64,000 nt of DNA, from positions 10,260-74,259 of the IMG/VR virus record IMGVR_UViG_3300037200_000067, one strand, 5' to 3'. This document shows positions 63,783 to 64,000 of this stretch, piece by piece. The stretch comes from a virus. The position numbers were made by a program, and so were the translations under genes. The notes beneath the pieces are model-generated. The model had not been told where the DNA came from. It saw only the letters and a list, made by a program, of their open reading frames with translations, and made no database searches. The number at the start of each line of letters is the position of its first letter. Within the stretch, counting starts at the first letter, position 1.

Positions 63783-64000
63783 GCAAGATTACGCCGCTGT
63801 TTCGGTTGAGTCCGAAGCTGTCAATTGACGTCACGGAGATCGCGACGCTTAGGATCGTCGACATCTATGAGATCGGCCATTCCGATCCTGCCGTCTGGCT
63901 CGAAGTGCGGATGAAAGACGGCAAGGAATATCAGTCTGAGCCGGACAGCGATGCATTTGAGATCAAGCGCGATATCGAGGCGCTGCGCACGCATCTTGCG
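63779..64000 (+). CDS. hypothetical protein, truncated by window end
   Basis: GTGA coupling, GAGGTG RBS, open to the end of the window. Confidence 0.45.
   Translation, partial: MSKITPLFRLSPKLSIDVTEIATLRIVDIYEIGHSDPAVWLEVRMKDGKEYQSEPDSDAFEIKRDIEALRTHLA

Overview
The window is about 64 kb of a GC-rich, long-tailed (siphovirus-type) dsDNA phage, most likely of Alphaproteobacteria given its GcrA homologue. It begins just after the capsid genes and ends just after the large terminase, so it probably holds nearly the whole genome except the portal-capsid block. Layout: 1-22.1 kb (+) head-accessory/fibre, neck, tail tube, frameshifted tail chaperone, tape measure, tail tip and fibre genes, ending in a 1037-aa four-enzyme glycosyl/methyltransferase fusion plus a second methyltransferase; 22.2-23.4 kb (-) an NrdC.11-like nucleotidyltransferase; 23.5-27.2 kb (+) lysis cassette with a free-standing GIY-YIG/NUMOD3 endonuclease; 27.2-40.8 kb (-) early accessory and recombination genes (ERF, YqaJ, J-domain, second nucleotidyltransferase, Mom-like GNAT); 40.8-46.5 kb (+) Cro-like HTH, two ParB-methyltransferase fusions, RuvC-like resolvase and a replication initiator with internal iterons; 46.6-51.6 kb (-) and 51.7-58.8 kb (+) further accessory arms (GcrA, two more DNA methyltransferases); 59.0-59.5 kb an RNA island; 60.3-64 kb (+) ParB-methyltransferase, TerS and TerL. 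I found no integrase, classical CI, DNA polymerase, reverse transcriptase or CRISPR array. Strongest leads: (1) a 161-nt tRNA-like RNA that appears to carry a second tRNA-like unit nested in its variable arm, convergent with tRNA-Ala; (2) the glycan assembly-line protein coupled to the tail operon; (3) an exact chromosomal-type parS core in front of the endolysin, in a genome encoding three ParB-methyltransferase fusions. All functional calls come from motif recognition by eye; no searches were run.
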